A DNA stretch of 64,000 nucleotides from Promethearchaeota archaeon. GTDB lineage: Archaea > Asgardarchaeota > Heimdallarchaeia > Hodarchaeales > Hodarchaeaceae. The notes beneath the pieces are model-generated. The model was given only the letters and a program-made list of their open reading frames with translations. It did not search any database and was not told the DNA's origin. Of this stretch, positions 19,713-29,176 are shown one piece after another. The position numbers were made by a program, and so were the translations under genes. How positions within the stretch are numbered: the first letter of the stretch is position 1; every line of letters begins with the position of its first letter. The DNA is taken from contig JBHLMN010000008.1 in NCBI GenBank assembly GCA_048938105.1, positions 64,001 to 128,000 on the forward strand, read 5' to 3'.

Positions 19713-20336
19713 ATGAATTCATCACATGAAAGGAAAAAATATTTTTCTAATAAACCTATATTCAAAGGAGTTATTCGTTTCCTATTATTTCGATATGGGC
19801 CTCAAACTGCTAAACAAATACAAATAAAATTAGGTTTAAAACAACAAACAACATACAATTATTTGAATGAATTAGTTGACGAAGGGAGAATTGAGGTAAA
19901 ATACGAAAAACTCGAAAAACGTTCAAATTTGACAAGAGCTTATTACTACCATAAACAACTTCCTTTTTTTCCTGATCCTGAAGAGATGCCTTATACTGAT
20001 AGAATAATGAAAGCTAGTCGATCTGTTGAAAACTTAGTAAAACAGGTAAGAAGTGGAATAGAGTCAAGCTTAGGAGCAATATTAGAAATAAAAGCAGCAA
20101 TAGATAGGATGACCGATAAAGAAGTGGAAGAATATGTGAAATGTGATCCGATAGTATGGGGATTTTTTACAACAACAATGTTACTAACGGATGAAGAATA
20201 TAGTGAACTTCAAATAGAATTTAAAGAGTTATTGAATAAGCTGGATAATAAATGGGTGAACGAACATGAAAAGGATGTGCATTCAGGAAACGTGTTTACA
20301 TTTATGTTTTACAAAGCAATACCTTATAGTGAATAA
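19713..20336 (+). CDS. Winged-helix transcriptional regulator
   Basis: GPQTAKQIQIKLGLKQQTTYNYLNELVDEGRIEV helix-turn-helix; C-terminal LTDEEYSELQIEF domain. Confidence 0.8.
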   Translation: MNSSHERKKYFSNKPIFKGVIRFLLFRYGPQTAKQIQIKLGLKQQTTYNYLNELVDEGRIEVKYEKLEKRSNLTRAYYYHKQLPFFPDPEEMPYTDRIMKASRSVENLVKQVRSGIESSLGAILEIKAAIDRMTDKEVEEYVKCDPIVWGFFTTTMLLTDEEYSELQIEFKELLNKLDNKWVNEHEKDVHSGNVFTFMFYKAIPYSE

Positions 20337-20492
20337 CAGGTTAATTCAGGATTCATAAATTCATAATAACTTCTATAAAGATCTGAAAGAAGAAGTGTGT
20401 GAAAAAACCACAGACTTTTAAATTACAGAATTTTAGAGGAACTTGTATAATTATAAAAGAAACGATTTTATCGCAAAATTAGGTGCAACAAA

Positions 20493-20966
20493 ATGTCACG
20501 AAGAGTTTATGTTAAAGGAAAACGCACGTATGCCCACGGTCAAGCCCCAGATCTTTCTAAATCCAACCGTTACCAAAATATCGTCAGCTTAATGTCTATA
20601 CGGGTAGAAGATGTCCATGAGACAAGTCCCGTGGATAGAACGGGTGAATTTTATTTCGAAGTAGGAGGTAAAGGAGCCTTAAAGCACGATTATCGCATTC
20701 CACATCAAGGGAATATTAATATTAAAGAAAATATGACCTATTCCGCTAAACAAGATTTTACATTGTGGCTCGAATTTGACGAGTCTGAAAAAGCAAAAAC
20801 TAAGCAGATTCCTATTAAACTTCGAGAACGGGATGCTACCCGAGATGATACTGTAATAAAGTCCGAAATTCCAATTGTTTACGGAAGTGGAACCAAATAC
20901 GAGGTTTTGAAAGGGAAGGGTATTGCTGTTAAGATTAAAATCTCGTCCCGTAAGACTCGTTTTTAA
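20493..20966 (+). CDS. Hypothetical beta-rich protein, possibly C2-domain-like
   Basis: AGGTG ribosome-binding site; DRTGEFYFEV and IKLRERDATRDDTVI loops. Confidence 0.6.
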   Translation: MSRRVYVKGKRTYAHGQAPDLSKSNRYQNIVSLMSIRVEDVHETSPVDRTGEFYFEVGGKGALKHDYRIPHQGNINIKENMTYSAKQDFTLWLEFDESEKAKTKQIPIKLRERDATRDDTVIKSEIPIVYGSGTKYEVLKGKGIAVKIKISSRKTRF

Positions 20967-20990
20967 GAATGCTTTAATTTCAGTTGATTA

Positions 20991-21584
20991 ATGATAATAG
21001 GTGCAATGAGAATGGTAAAAGACGAGGAACCAAAAAAGTCACGTAAATTGTTCGATAAGATCAAAGATTCAGGGAAGGATTTCGTAGAGGGTATGAAAGA
21101 AGAAATTCAGACTGCTCAAACCACGACTAAAGAGAAAACCAAGACTTATACAACGAAAAAGTCTGAGGAAATAAGAACTTCTGTAAAGCGTCGGGCTGCA
21201 GAAACCAGTACTGCAGAGGAACTTTATTTTTCTACATGGGCTTGGTTCTGGGCAATGATCTTTAGTGGTTTCGTGTGTCTTTCTATTTTTTTATTTAGTG
21301 TGGTCAACGCAAGATTCTTTTTGGTTGGATTACTTGCATTGATTGCCCTCCCATTCGTTGTTGCATGGTGTCTTATCCATATGATTCCGACTGTTAAAAT
21401 TTTTGGTTTCACTATTTTTGATAGACGGAAGCTATCATTACGCAGACAGTTGAGCTTGGGAAAAGAAATTGCGCGATTATTTTCTCGTGAATTCCTACAG
21501 GAATCTCCCATCATTGCATTCTTCATCTTTGCATTTTTCGTTATATTTATCTTTGCCCTCCTATTTGCGTTTATCCCTACTTGA
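20991..21584 (+). CDS. Hypothetical membrane protein (charged helical N-terminus, about 3 TM)
   Basis: Hydrophobic hairpin plus a C-terminal TM segment. Confidence 0.7.
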   Translation: MIIGAMRMVKDEEPKKSRKLFDKIKDSGKDFVEGMKEEIQTAQTTTKEKTKTYTTKKSEEIRTSVKRRAAETSTAEELYFSTWAWFWAMIFSGFVCLSIFLFSVVNARFFLVGLLALIALPFVVAWCLIHMIPTVKIFGFTIFDRRKLSLRRQLSLGKEIARLFSREFLQESPIIAFFIFAFFVIFIFALLFAFIPT

Positions 21585-21635
21585 TCCTCCTCTACAGTTC
21601 AAGGTAGTATTATATATGCTTCAGATGAGTTAGTC

Positions 21636-22565
21636 ATGAAGCCATTACCTACAACAAGCTTTTCTTATGATAAGAATATTCTCTCCAAACTGGGAGAAAC
21701 ACTAAAAGAATATCATAGTAGTAATATTGATGTGTCACAAGAAAATTACTTATTAAGTACTGAACTTCTAGACTTACTGGATGGCGAGATTCTTCATTTT
21801 CTGTTGTTAAATGGGCTTGTTCAGAGCGAAAACGATATGGATAGATGGAATTTTCAGTACGTTTTTAGTGATAATCTACTTCTTTTCTGTGATTTACCAA
21901 GTTTTGAGCGGCATCGTCAATATGTTTGGCTATCTTCCAATGTTTCTGGAGGGAGTTGGGCTTTTTCTCGGTCATTGCCCGTAAAGAAGGGGATGAAAGT
22001 CTTAGATCTAGGTACTGGGTCTGGATTATTAGCATTAATGGCTAGATTAAAAGGGGGGACGGCTCTTGGAGTTGATGTGAACCCTCGCGCAGTACAATTA
22101 GCTCAATTAAATCGAGACTTAAACGGTTTGAATTCAGTTGATTTTCAAATACGTAACTGGAATTCTGTTGAAAGTGATCGGTTTGATCTGATTGTTTCGC
22201 AACCGCCTTTTGGGATTTCATCAGGGGAAATCTCGCTTGGTTACTCGTTCAATGGGGGAGATCTCACAGGTTTACAGGCTACAAAAGAAATTGTTAAACG
22301 TTTTTACCCTCAAGAGAATCAAACTCTTGGATTATTTGTTCATGTTTTAGAAAATGATTCACATTCTCGTTTTCTACATCTATTAAAGAAGTGGATCATA
22401 GATGAATCTATTAGTATAGATCTTCAACCCCAATACAACTACTCAATTAAAATTTGGTGGGAAAGATTACTGAAGAAACAAAGATTAAAATCCTCCCTTC
22501 CAATTTCCTCTGATCTTCAATCTTACAATGAAGTTGTTGCTTATATTGCATACTTAACTAGATAA
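21636..22565 (+). CDS. Class I SAM-dependent methyltransferase (HemK/PrmC-like)
   Basis: VLDLGTGSG, GVDVNPRAV, DLIVSQPPF (an NPPF-like motif). Confidence 0.8.
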   Translation: MKPLPTTSFSYDKNILSKLGETLKEYHSSNIDVSQENYLLSTELLDLLDGEILHFLLLNGLVQSENDMDRWNFQYVFSDNLLLFCDLPSFERHRQYVWLSSNVSGGSWAFSRSLPVKKGMKVLDLGTGSGLLALMARLKGGTALGVDVNPRAVQLAQLNRDLNGLNSVDFQIRNWNSVESDRFDLIVSQPPFGISSGEISLGYSFNGGDLTGLQATKEIVKRFYPQENQTLGLFVHVLENDSHSRFLHLLKKWIIDESISIDLQPQYNYSIKIWWERLLKKQRLKSSLPISSDLQSYNEVVAYIAYLTR

Positions 22566-22608
22566 CTGCTGTATTAGTGATCGATGGATTGAAGATGAAT
22601 AAGACTCA

Positions 22609-23535
22609 TTAATCTTTTAATCCGAATAATATCTGAGTATCTTGGATTGTACCACCTAGTTCTTTAACTGTAGCTATTAGGTCTTCTTGATTTCCAACAT
22701 TCATTAACAGAGGCTTATCCTGCCACCCAGTCTCAATGTTATGTTTAGAAATTTCGACTAATAAAGCTTTTCTTAAATTTTCATATCCAGGCCTAGTAGC
22801 TAAAAATCTAACGATTAGACCTTCCTGGGTAATACCTTCCAAAGGTGCACCAGCACATACAAGTTGGTTATCTTTTGATAAGAGCATCGTGTGCTTATCA
22901 GGAAGAACTCGATTTTGGAAGTAGCTTATCCAGGCTTCTTCATTGGGAAAGGCATTTTTTAAATTGGGATCAGATTTGCACAATTCTATTAACGCCTCTA
23001 AATCGTCCATGGTTGCCATCCGTTTTGAATATCCTGATACCTCTTCTTTACTGGCTTTTTGAACGTCAATAGCATATCGGTATCCTTCATCAATTATTTC
23101 AAAACCCTTACTTTTCGCAAAAGAAACTGATTCGGTAAAACTGTCAGAAAAGTAGCCCATCACAATTTCATTCTCTGGATCACGTTTTTTTATGTATTCA
23201 AACATTTCATTGTAGAGTTTTTCCTGTACGTCGGGACATGCTTCCACTGCCCAAGGGTACCCAATCCAAGTTCGTCTCTTTGTGTTTTCGTTTGCTTCTG
23301 TTACCCGAGTCTGGATATAGGCAAGAGGGTTACCACCCTCTTTAAAGGCGTATCTTATGCCTTTAGGATCTGGTTTTTCAGTCTCATACCTTTGTCGGAT
23401 CAATTCTGCACTTGCAGTTACACGTGTCTTATATTTTTTTGTGTCTTCATTATATATTTGAGCTTGGAGTTCCTCAAATCCCTTATTTGGTTCATAATAT
23501 AGATAATTGACTTTCATTTTCATCATCACCATCAT
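22609..23535 (-). CDS. Hypothetical protein, tandem GNAT-like fold
   Basis: Two alpha/beta units (FAKSKGFEII; RMATMDDLEALIEL) typical of degenerate tandem GNATs. Confidence 0.55.
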   Translation of the reverse strand: MMVMMKMKVNYLYYEPNKGFEELQAQIYNEDTKKYKTRVTASAELIRQRYETEKPDPKGIRYAFKEGGNPLAYIQTRVTEANENTKRRTWIGYPWAVEACPDVQEKLYNEMFEYIKKRDPENEIVMGYFSDSFTESVSFAKSKGFEIIDEGYRYAIDVQKASKEEVSGYSKRMATMDDLEALIELCKSDPNLKNAFPNEEAWISYFQNRVLPDKHTMLLSKDNQLVCAGAPLEGITQEGLIVRFLATRPGYENLRKALLVEISKHNIETGWQDKPLLMNVGNQEDLIATVKELGGTIQDTQILFGLKD

Positions 23536-23599
23536 TTCTACGCAAATTCTAATAAGATTACTTTCGATGCAAAATCCAAAATACTGAAAAAAAGGAAGA

Positions 23600-24244
23600 A
23601 TGATTCAGGTGGTGTGGTTCAACAAGTTGCAGCCTTTCGATTTAATTCCTTCTTACCTTCAAAAAATTTTGATTAAACTAGAGGAAAGAGATAGAGAAGA
23701 ACGAAAAGTAGGTCTAGAACGATCCAAACGCCTTCGACAGATTCCCCGTGAAACAGGTGAATTTCTTTTTCAGTTTCTTACTACATTCATTCCTCAGTTC
23801 CCTGAGTTTTTAGCTCTTGAAATAGGCACATCAGGGGGATATTCAACATTATGGCAAGGGATGGCATTAGTACTACGTCACCAGGGAAAATTAATTTCAC
23901 TAGAGCATGATCCCAAAAAGTACCAACTAGCTTCTGAGAATATTACATCCACTGAAGTTGAGAAATATGTCACATTGATTCATGAAGATGCCAAGAATTA
24001 TCTAAAAAGAAAATCTCAGGATAGATACTCCTACGTTTTCATGGATTGTGAAAAAGAAGATTATGCTTATTTTTTTAGTTTTCTTGTTGCACGATTAACC
24101 TGTGGTTCTGTCTTAATAGCTGATAATGTGATTAGTCATAAGGATGACATGTCAGATTTCATTGGTCAAATAAAAAGCGATTCAAGAGTATCTAGTATAA
24201 TATTGCCTATTGGAAGCGGTCTGGGCTTTATCCGATGGATTTAG
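23600..24244 (+). CDS. O-methyltransferase (Methyltransf_3, caffeoyl-CoA/catechol type)
   Basis: LEIGTSGGYSTLW, FMDCEKEDY, LIADNV. Confidence 0.88.
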   Translation: MIQVVWFNKLQPFDLIPSYLQKILIKLEERDREERKVGLERSKRLRQIPRETGEFLFQFLTTFIPQFPEFLALEIGTSGGYSTLWQGMALVLRHQGKLISLEHDPKKYQLASENITSTEVEKYVTLIHEDAKNYLKRKSQDRYSYVFMDCEKEDYAYFFSFLVARLTCGSVLIADNVISHKDDMSDFIGQIKSDSRVSSIILPIGSGLGFIRWI

Positions 24245-24286
24245 CTTCTATTCAAGAGTGAACCACAGGGGGTGTGTTAAGGTCTC

Positions 24287-24487
24287 TTATCTTATTTTTT
24301 CTATCCGTTCATATTCCTGATATCTAGGGTACTTTCCCCTTTTTCGGGTTTTGTTAAGTTTTCGTTTAGAAAGAAGATAAGAGATTGATCCTGGGTTCAT
24401 ACCTAAAACTGCTCCAATCCAAGCTCCAATTGATTTTCTTTCTAATTCCTTATCAAGTTCACCTTTCTTTTTATCCTGCATTTCCAA
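24287..24487 (-). CDS. Small hypothetical protein
   Basis: 66-aa ORF filling an intergenic gap; GAWIGAVLG segment and a basic tail. Confidence 0.4.
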   Translation of the reverse strand: MEMQDKKKGELDKELERKSIGAWIGAVLGMNPGSISYLLSKRKLNKTRKRGKYPRYQEYERIEKIR

Positions 24488-24702
24488 TCCACATATTTAA
24501 CTTTCTGAAAATAGGTCGTCTTAAAGAGAGGCCCATTTCTTTTAAAGCTTGTTAATGTAGAAATCTAAGTTTATGGAAAAAGGGCAATCCTGATTATAAG
24601 GCTTTACGAAATATTTTTCCTAATATAGAAAGTAGCAATAAGTAATCAAATATTATTGGTTCTCGAAATAAATAGCATAATTTCTAAAATGGAGTCATTA
24701 AA

Positions 24703-27015
24703 TTGGTTGTAGGAAAACCCCTTCCACGGAAGGACGCTCGTCTCAAAGTTAAAGGGGAAGCACAATATATTTATGACCTGAGTTTTCCTGATGAACATTT
24801 CCTAGCAGTTGTACGTAGTCCTCATGCCCATGCTCGAATCAAGAAGATTAAAATTGATCATGAAAAGATAAAACAATTAGGAGCTACAATTGGAACAGCC
24901 AAGGACATTCCTGGAAAAAATATTGTTCATGTCATACTTGATGATTGGCCTCTTCTCGCAGAAGATGTCGTGCGACATGTAGGAGAACCAGTAGCCATCG
25001 TTGTTGCAAACGATTTTAGGAGTCTGAAGGAAGCTGTTTCAGCAGTATATGTGGAATATGAAAAACTACCAGCAGTGTTTAATCCTGATGAAGCTAAAAA
25101 CCATTCAAGTATTCACATATATGGAGATAACAATGTCATATCTTATTGGCAACAAAAGAATGGAGATGTGATTAAAGGATTTGAAGAAGCCGAGGTCATT
25201 ATTGAAGGAGAATATCGAACACCAGCACAAGAACACGCGTACATAGAACCCCAAGGATGTATTGCCGTCCCCTTAGGACATGATACGATTACTGTATATG
25301 GTTCGATGCAATGTCCATTTTATGTTCAACGAGCTGTAGCTGACATTCTGGGATATCCTTGGTCAAGAGTTACAATTATCCAAACGACCACAGGAGGAGC
25401 ATTTGGTGGAAAAGAGGACCAACCGAATCAGCTTGCTAGTCTAGTTGCACTAGGTGCATATCTCACAAGAAAACCAGTCAAATATATCTTATCTCGAGAA
25501 GAAGATGTAGAAAATACCTCAAAACGTCATCCAGCAATTATTCGTATAAAAACAGGGGTATCGAAAGATGGAGTGTTAACTGCAGTTCAGGTGGGACATT
25601 TAATGAATTCAGGGGCTTATGCGACTCTGACACCTGCAGTTCTTTATCGTGGATGTTTACACGCTGTTGGCCCTTATCGCTGTCCCAATGTTGATGTTCA
25701 ATCTTATGCTGTTGCCACCAATCTTGTCCCATTTGGAGCTTTCCGAGGTTTTGGATCCCCACAGGTTCTTTTTGCCTGTGAAGAACAGATGGATCGTGCT
25801 GCAGCGGAGTTAGAACTTGATCCTATAGAGTTTCGAGAGAAAAATTTGATACGAAAAGGTGATACCGCTTCTTTTGGACAAGTTCTCGATAACTCTGTTG
25901 GTTTACTAGAAACTCTCAAAGAAGCCAAAAGAAAGAGTAATTGGGAAAAGAAATGGAAACTTGCACCTGATTTCAGGTATGTAATAGAAGAGAGTAAGAA
26001 GGGAAATTATAAATGGAACGGAGTCGGAGTTTCGACAATTTTTTATGGGGTTGGTTTGGGCTCAGCAGGAAAACAGTTATCCCGTACTGGTTCATATGTT
26101 CAACTTGAACCTGATGGGAGTGTGCGATTTGCAGTTGGAACTACTGAATTAGGTCAAGGGATGATAACAGTTCTTTCTCAGATTGTTGCGTCAGAATTAG
26201 GGATAGATTATTCCAAGGTTCTTATGGTACCTGTTGATACTAGTCGAGTTCCTGACTCAGGGCCAACAGTTGCATCCCGAGCAACTTCTTTTTCGGGTCG
26301 AGCACTCCAAAATGCTTGCCAACAAATACGATCTTTGATGTTTGAAACAATTTCTCCACATATTGAGAGTAATTCTTCTGATTTGCAAATAAAAGGGAAC
26401 TATATTATCTCAACTTCTTCTGGAAAAAAGATGTTGGTTGAAGATGCGATTAAAATAATGTACGAAGAACGAGGACAAGTGGCAAAGGCAGGTTGGGATG
26501 TAGCTCCACCTACAGACTATGATAATGAAAAAGGGCAAGGGAATCCATATGCAACTTATGCTTGGTGTACAAATGTTGTTGAAGTGGAAGTTGATGTTCA
26601 AACAGGTACTGTTCAAGTTAAAGACATCTGGGCTGCACATGATGTGGGACGAGCTATCAATCCCCAAACCTTAGAAGGTCAAATAGAAGGTGGATCACTT
26701 CAGGGAATGGGATACGGCCGTTATGAAGAAATAATTTTCACCCCTGAAGGAGGGATTTTATCAAACAACTTAGGCACTTATCTTGTTCCTACAACGAAAG
26801 ATACCCCAAATATTCATTCTATCATTGTTGAAGATCCATGGAAACAAGGCCCTTACGGTGCAAAAGGTTTTGGTGAACAACCTTTGATGGGTATCGCTCC
26901 TGCATTAACTAATGCAATCTATAATGCGATTGGTGTTAGAATATCAGAGATCCCCGCTACACCAGAACGCGTCTGGAAGGCTATTCAGGATAAACTGAAG
27001 GAGGATTGGGTATGA
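24703..27015 (+). CDS. Xanthine dehydrogenase-family molybdopterin-binding large subunit (cluster 1)
   Basis: QEHAYIEPQ, GGAFGGK, AFRGFGSPQ, GQG, VASR, GQIEGG, GAKGFGE. Confidence 0.95.
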   Translation: MVVGKPLPRKDARLKVKGEAQYIYDLSFPDEHFLAVVRSPHAHARIKKIKIDHEKIKQLGATIGTAKDIPGKNIVHVILDDWPLLAEDVVRHVGEPVAIVVANDFRSLKEAVSAVYVEYEKLPAVFNPDEAKNHSSIHIYGDNNVISYWQQKNGDVIKGFEEAEVIIEGEYRTPAQEHAYIEPQGCIAVPLGHDTITVYGSMQCPFYVQRAVADILGYPWSRVTIIQTTTGGAFGGKEDQPNQLASLVALGAYLTRKPVKYILSREEDVENTSKRHPAIIRIKTGVSKDGVLTAVQVGHLMNSGAYATLTPAVLYRGCLHAVGPYRCPNVDVQSYAVATNLVPFGAFRGFGSPQVLFACEEQMDRAAAELELDPIEFREKNLIRKGDTASFGQVLDNSVGLLETLKEAKRKSNWEKKWKLAPDFRYVIEESKKGNYKWNGVGVSTIFYGVGLGSAGKQLSRTGSYVQLEPDGSVRFAVGTTELGQGMITVLSQIVASELGIDYSKVLMVPVDTSRVPDSGPTVASRATSFSGRALQNACQQIRSLMFETISPHIESNSSDLQIKGNYIISTSSGKKMLVEDAIKIMYEERGQVAKAGWDVAPPTDYDNEKGQGNPYATYAWCTNVVEVEVDVQTGTVQVKDIWAAHDVGRAINPQTLEGQIEGGSLQGMGYGRYEEIIFTPEGGILSNNLGTYLVPTTKDTPNIHSIIVEDPWKQGPYGAKGFGEQPLMGIAPALTNAIYNAIGVRISEIPATPERVWKAIQDKLKEDWV

Positions 27016-27476
27016 AGGTAGAAATTTTCATCAATGGAGTATTCTATCGAAAAGAAGTATCTCCTGATTATAGACTCTTAGATTTTCTTCGTGAAGATTT
27101 GGGTTTAAAAGGAACGAAAGTAGGTTGTGACCAGGGGGAATGTGGAGCATGTAGTGTGATCTTGAACGGAAAAGTTGTTAATTCTTGTTTGGTATTGATG
27201 GCTCAAGTTCCAAAGCATAGTAAGGTTGAAACTATTGAATCATCAGATTCACTTATTTTATCCCTTCAAGAATCATTTATTGAAAAGGGAGCTACGCAAT
27301 GTGGGGCTTGTACTCCAGGAATGATCATGGCATCTTCAGCATTATTGAGAGAAAAACCTAATGCAAACTTGGATGAGATTCGTGAAGGATTGAGTGGTGT
27401 CATCTGTCGCTGTACGGGGTATCAAAAGATTTTTGATGCAATTAAAGAGACACAACGAGGATTAGTACAAAAATGA
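27006..27476 (+). CDS. Xanthine dehydrogenase-family 2x[2Fe-2S] small subunit
   Basis: GCDQGECGACSV, QCGACTPG, CRCTGY. Confidence 0.95.
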   Translation: MGMKVEIFINGVFYRKEVSPDYRLLDFLREDLGLKGTKVGCDQGECGACSVILNGKVVNSCLVLMAQVPKHSKVETIESSDSLILSLQESFIEKGATQCGACTPGMIMASSALLREKPNANLDEIREGLSGVICRCTGYQKIFDAIKETQRGLVQK

Positions 27477-28282
27477 GCTCGCAGAAAGATTTTATCAAGA
27501 TTATGACTGAACAATTCCATAAAGGTAAAACTTTCGCACTTGTCACTGTTGTTGACGTTAGTGGTTCGGCCCCTCAACGAATAGGGGCTAAAATGTTGGT
27601 ATCTTCTACTGGAAAACGCCTTTGGGGGACAATTGGTGGAGGAACTATTGAGAATTTGGCTCTTAAAGAAGCACAAGTTCAAATCAAAAAGAAATTACCT
27701 CTCCTGAAAGAATACGAATTAACTGAAGAAGGGGAGAAAGCCACAGGAATGCTTTGTGGAGGGAAAATGAGTCTGTTTATTGATGTGCAGGGTGCAGGTA
27801 CTAAAGCCTATATCTTTGGAGCAGGCCATATCAGTCAACAATTAGTCTCATTGTTAACACCCTTAGGTTTCTGGACAATTGTTATCGATGATAGGAAAGA
27901 ATACCTTGATGAAAATTTCAAGAATATTAATGTAGCTGAAACACTTACAGGTAATTTTCCTGAAATCATTGACTCAATTGAATTTGAAAAGGGTTGTTAT
28001 ATTATTATTCTTACATATTCTCATGATTTAGACGAAAAGATCTTGAAACATCTTTTAACAACACGACAACAAGAATTTGAAACCTGGAAATATCTTGGGA
28101 TGATTGGAAGCAAGAGAAAAGTCTCAGAGATAATCAGTCGTTTAGAATCTCAGGGAGTCGATTCGATCCTCTTTGAAAAGGTTCATGCCCCTATTGGAAT
28201 ACCAATAGGGAGTCAGACTCCAGAAGAAATCGCCATTTCCATTGCAGCCGAAATAATTGATGTTCGGAATAAGAAAGAGTGA
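27473..28282 (+). CDS. xdhC: XdhC/CoxI-family Moco insertion chaperone
   Basis: GSAPQRIGAKM, GTIGGG, CGG, FGAGH, YLGMIGSKRK, APIGIPIGSQTPEEIAISIAAEI. Confidence 0.93.
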   Translation: MSSQKDFIKIMTEQFHKGKTFALVTVVDVSGSAPQRIGAKMLVSSTGKRLWGTIGGGTIENLALKEAQVQIKKKLPLLKEYELTEEGEKATGMLCGGKMSLFIDVQGAGTKAYIFGAGHISQQLVSLLTPLGFWTIVIDDRKEYLDENFKNINVAETLTGNFPEIIDSIEFEKGCYIIILTYSHDLDEKILKHLLTTRQQEFETWKYLGMIGSKRKVSEIISRLESQGVDSILFEKVHAPIGIPIGSQTPEEIAISIAAEIIDVRNKKE

Positions 28283-28288
28283 TGAAAA

Positions 28289-29149
28289 ATGTACGAATTT
28301 GAAATTTATTCACCCACGAATTTAGATGAAGCATTGGATCTAAAAGCCACTTTTGGAGCAGATTTACATCCTCTTGCTGGTGGAACCGATATACTCGTTA
28401 GTATACGGAATAATCGCGTAAATTGGGGAGATAAGCCTTCTCTTTTAAACCTCAACAACATCAAGGCACTCCATTTTATCCGAGAAACACCTGACACTAT
28501 TGAAATTGGTCCTTTACTGACTCATAGTGCAATAGCTACTCATCCGCTTATTGTAACTCATGTTCCCGCTCTAGCTAAAGCAGTATCTTACGTTGGATCT
28601 CCTCAAATTCGAAATCGAGGGACAATTGCTGGTAATATGTGCCATGCAAGCCCCGCTGCTGACTCCTTACCTATTCTTTATTGTCGGAATGCGAAAATAG
28701 AAATTCAAACACATAATCGAACCACTCTAGTTCCTATTGAACAATTTATTACAGGCCCAGGTTTTATTGCAATAGACCCTTGTGGTATACTGACAAAAGT
28801 AATTATCCCTAAACTCCCAAATTATATAGGTGATTATTTAACCCTCCGTCAACGTCAAGCATTATCCTGTAACGTCGTATCTGTTGGAGTTGAGATGTTT
28901 CGACCAAATCGTGAGGGGAAAATAATTGATATTCGAATAGCTCTTGGGGCAGTTGCTCCTACAGTGGTTCGTGGAAGAAAGACCGAGGAACTTCTTAAAA
29001 ATAAAATACTCACTGGAGATCTAATTGATGAAGCTTCTAGTCTCATCCAAACCGAATGTATTCCTATAGATGACGTTCGGTCAAATAAAAACTATCGTCA
29101 AGCCATGACTGGTGTTTTATTAACACGCTTTCTTCATAAATTATCTTAA
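28289..29149 (+). CDS. Xanthine dehydrogenase-family FAD-binding medium subunit
   Basis: LAGGTD, QIRNRGTIAGN, ASPAAD, PIDDVRS..YR. Confidence 0.95.
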   Translation: MYEFEIYSPTNLDEALDLKATFGADLHPLAGGTDILVSIRNNRVNWGDKPSLLNLNNIKALHFIRETPDTIEIGPLLTHSAIATHPLIVTHVPALAKAVSYVGSPQIRNRGTIAGNMCHASPAADSLPILYCRNAKIEIQTHNRTTLVPIEQFITGPGFIAIDPCGILTKVIIPKLPNYIGDYLTLRQRQALSCNVVSVGVEMFRPNREGKIIDIRIALGAVAPTVVRGRKTEELLKNKILTGDLIDEASSLIQTECIPIDDVRSNKNYRQAMTGVLLTRFLHKLS

Positions 29150-29176
29150 GAGAAAATTTAGAAATAAAAAAAATGC

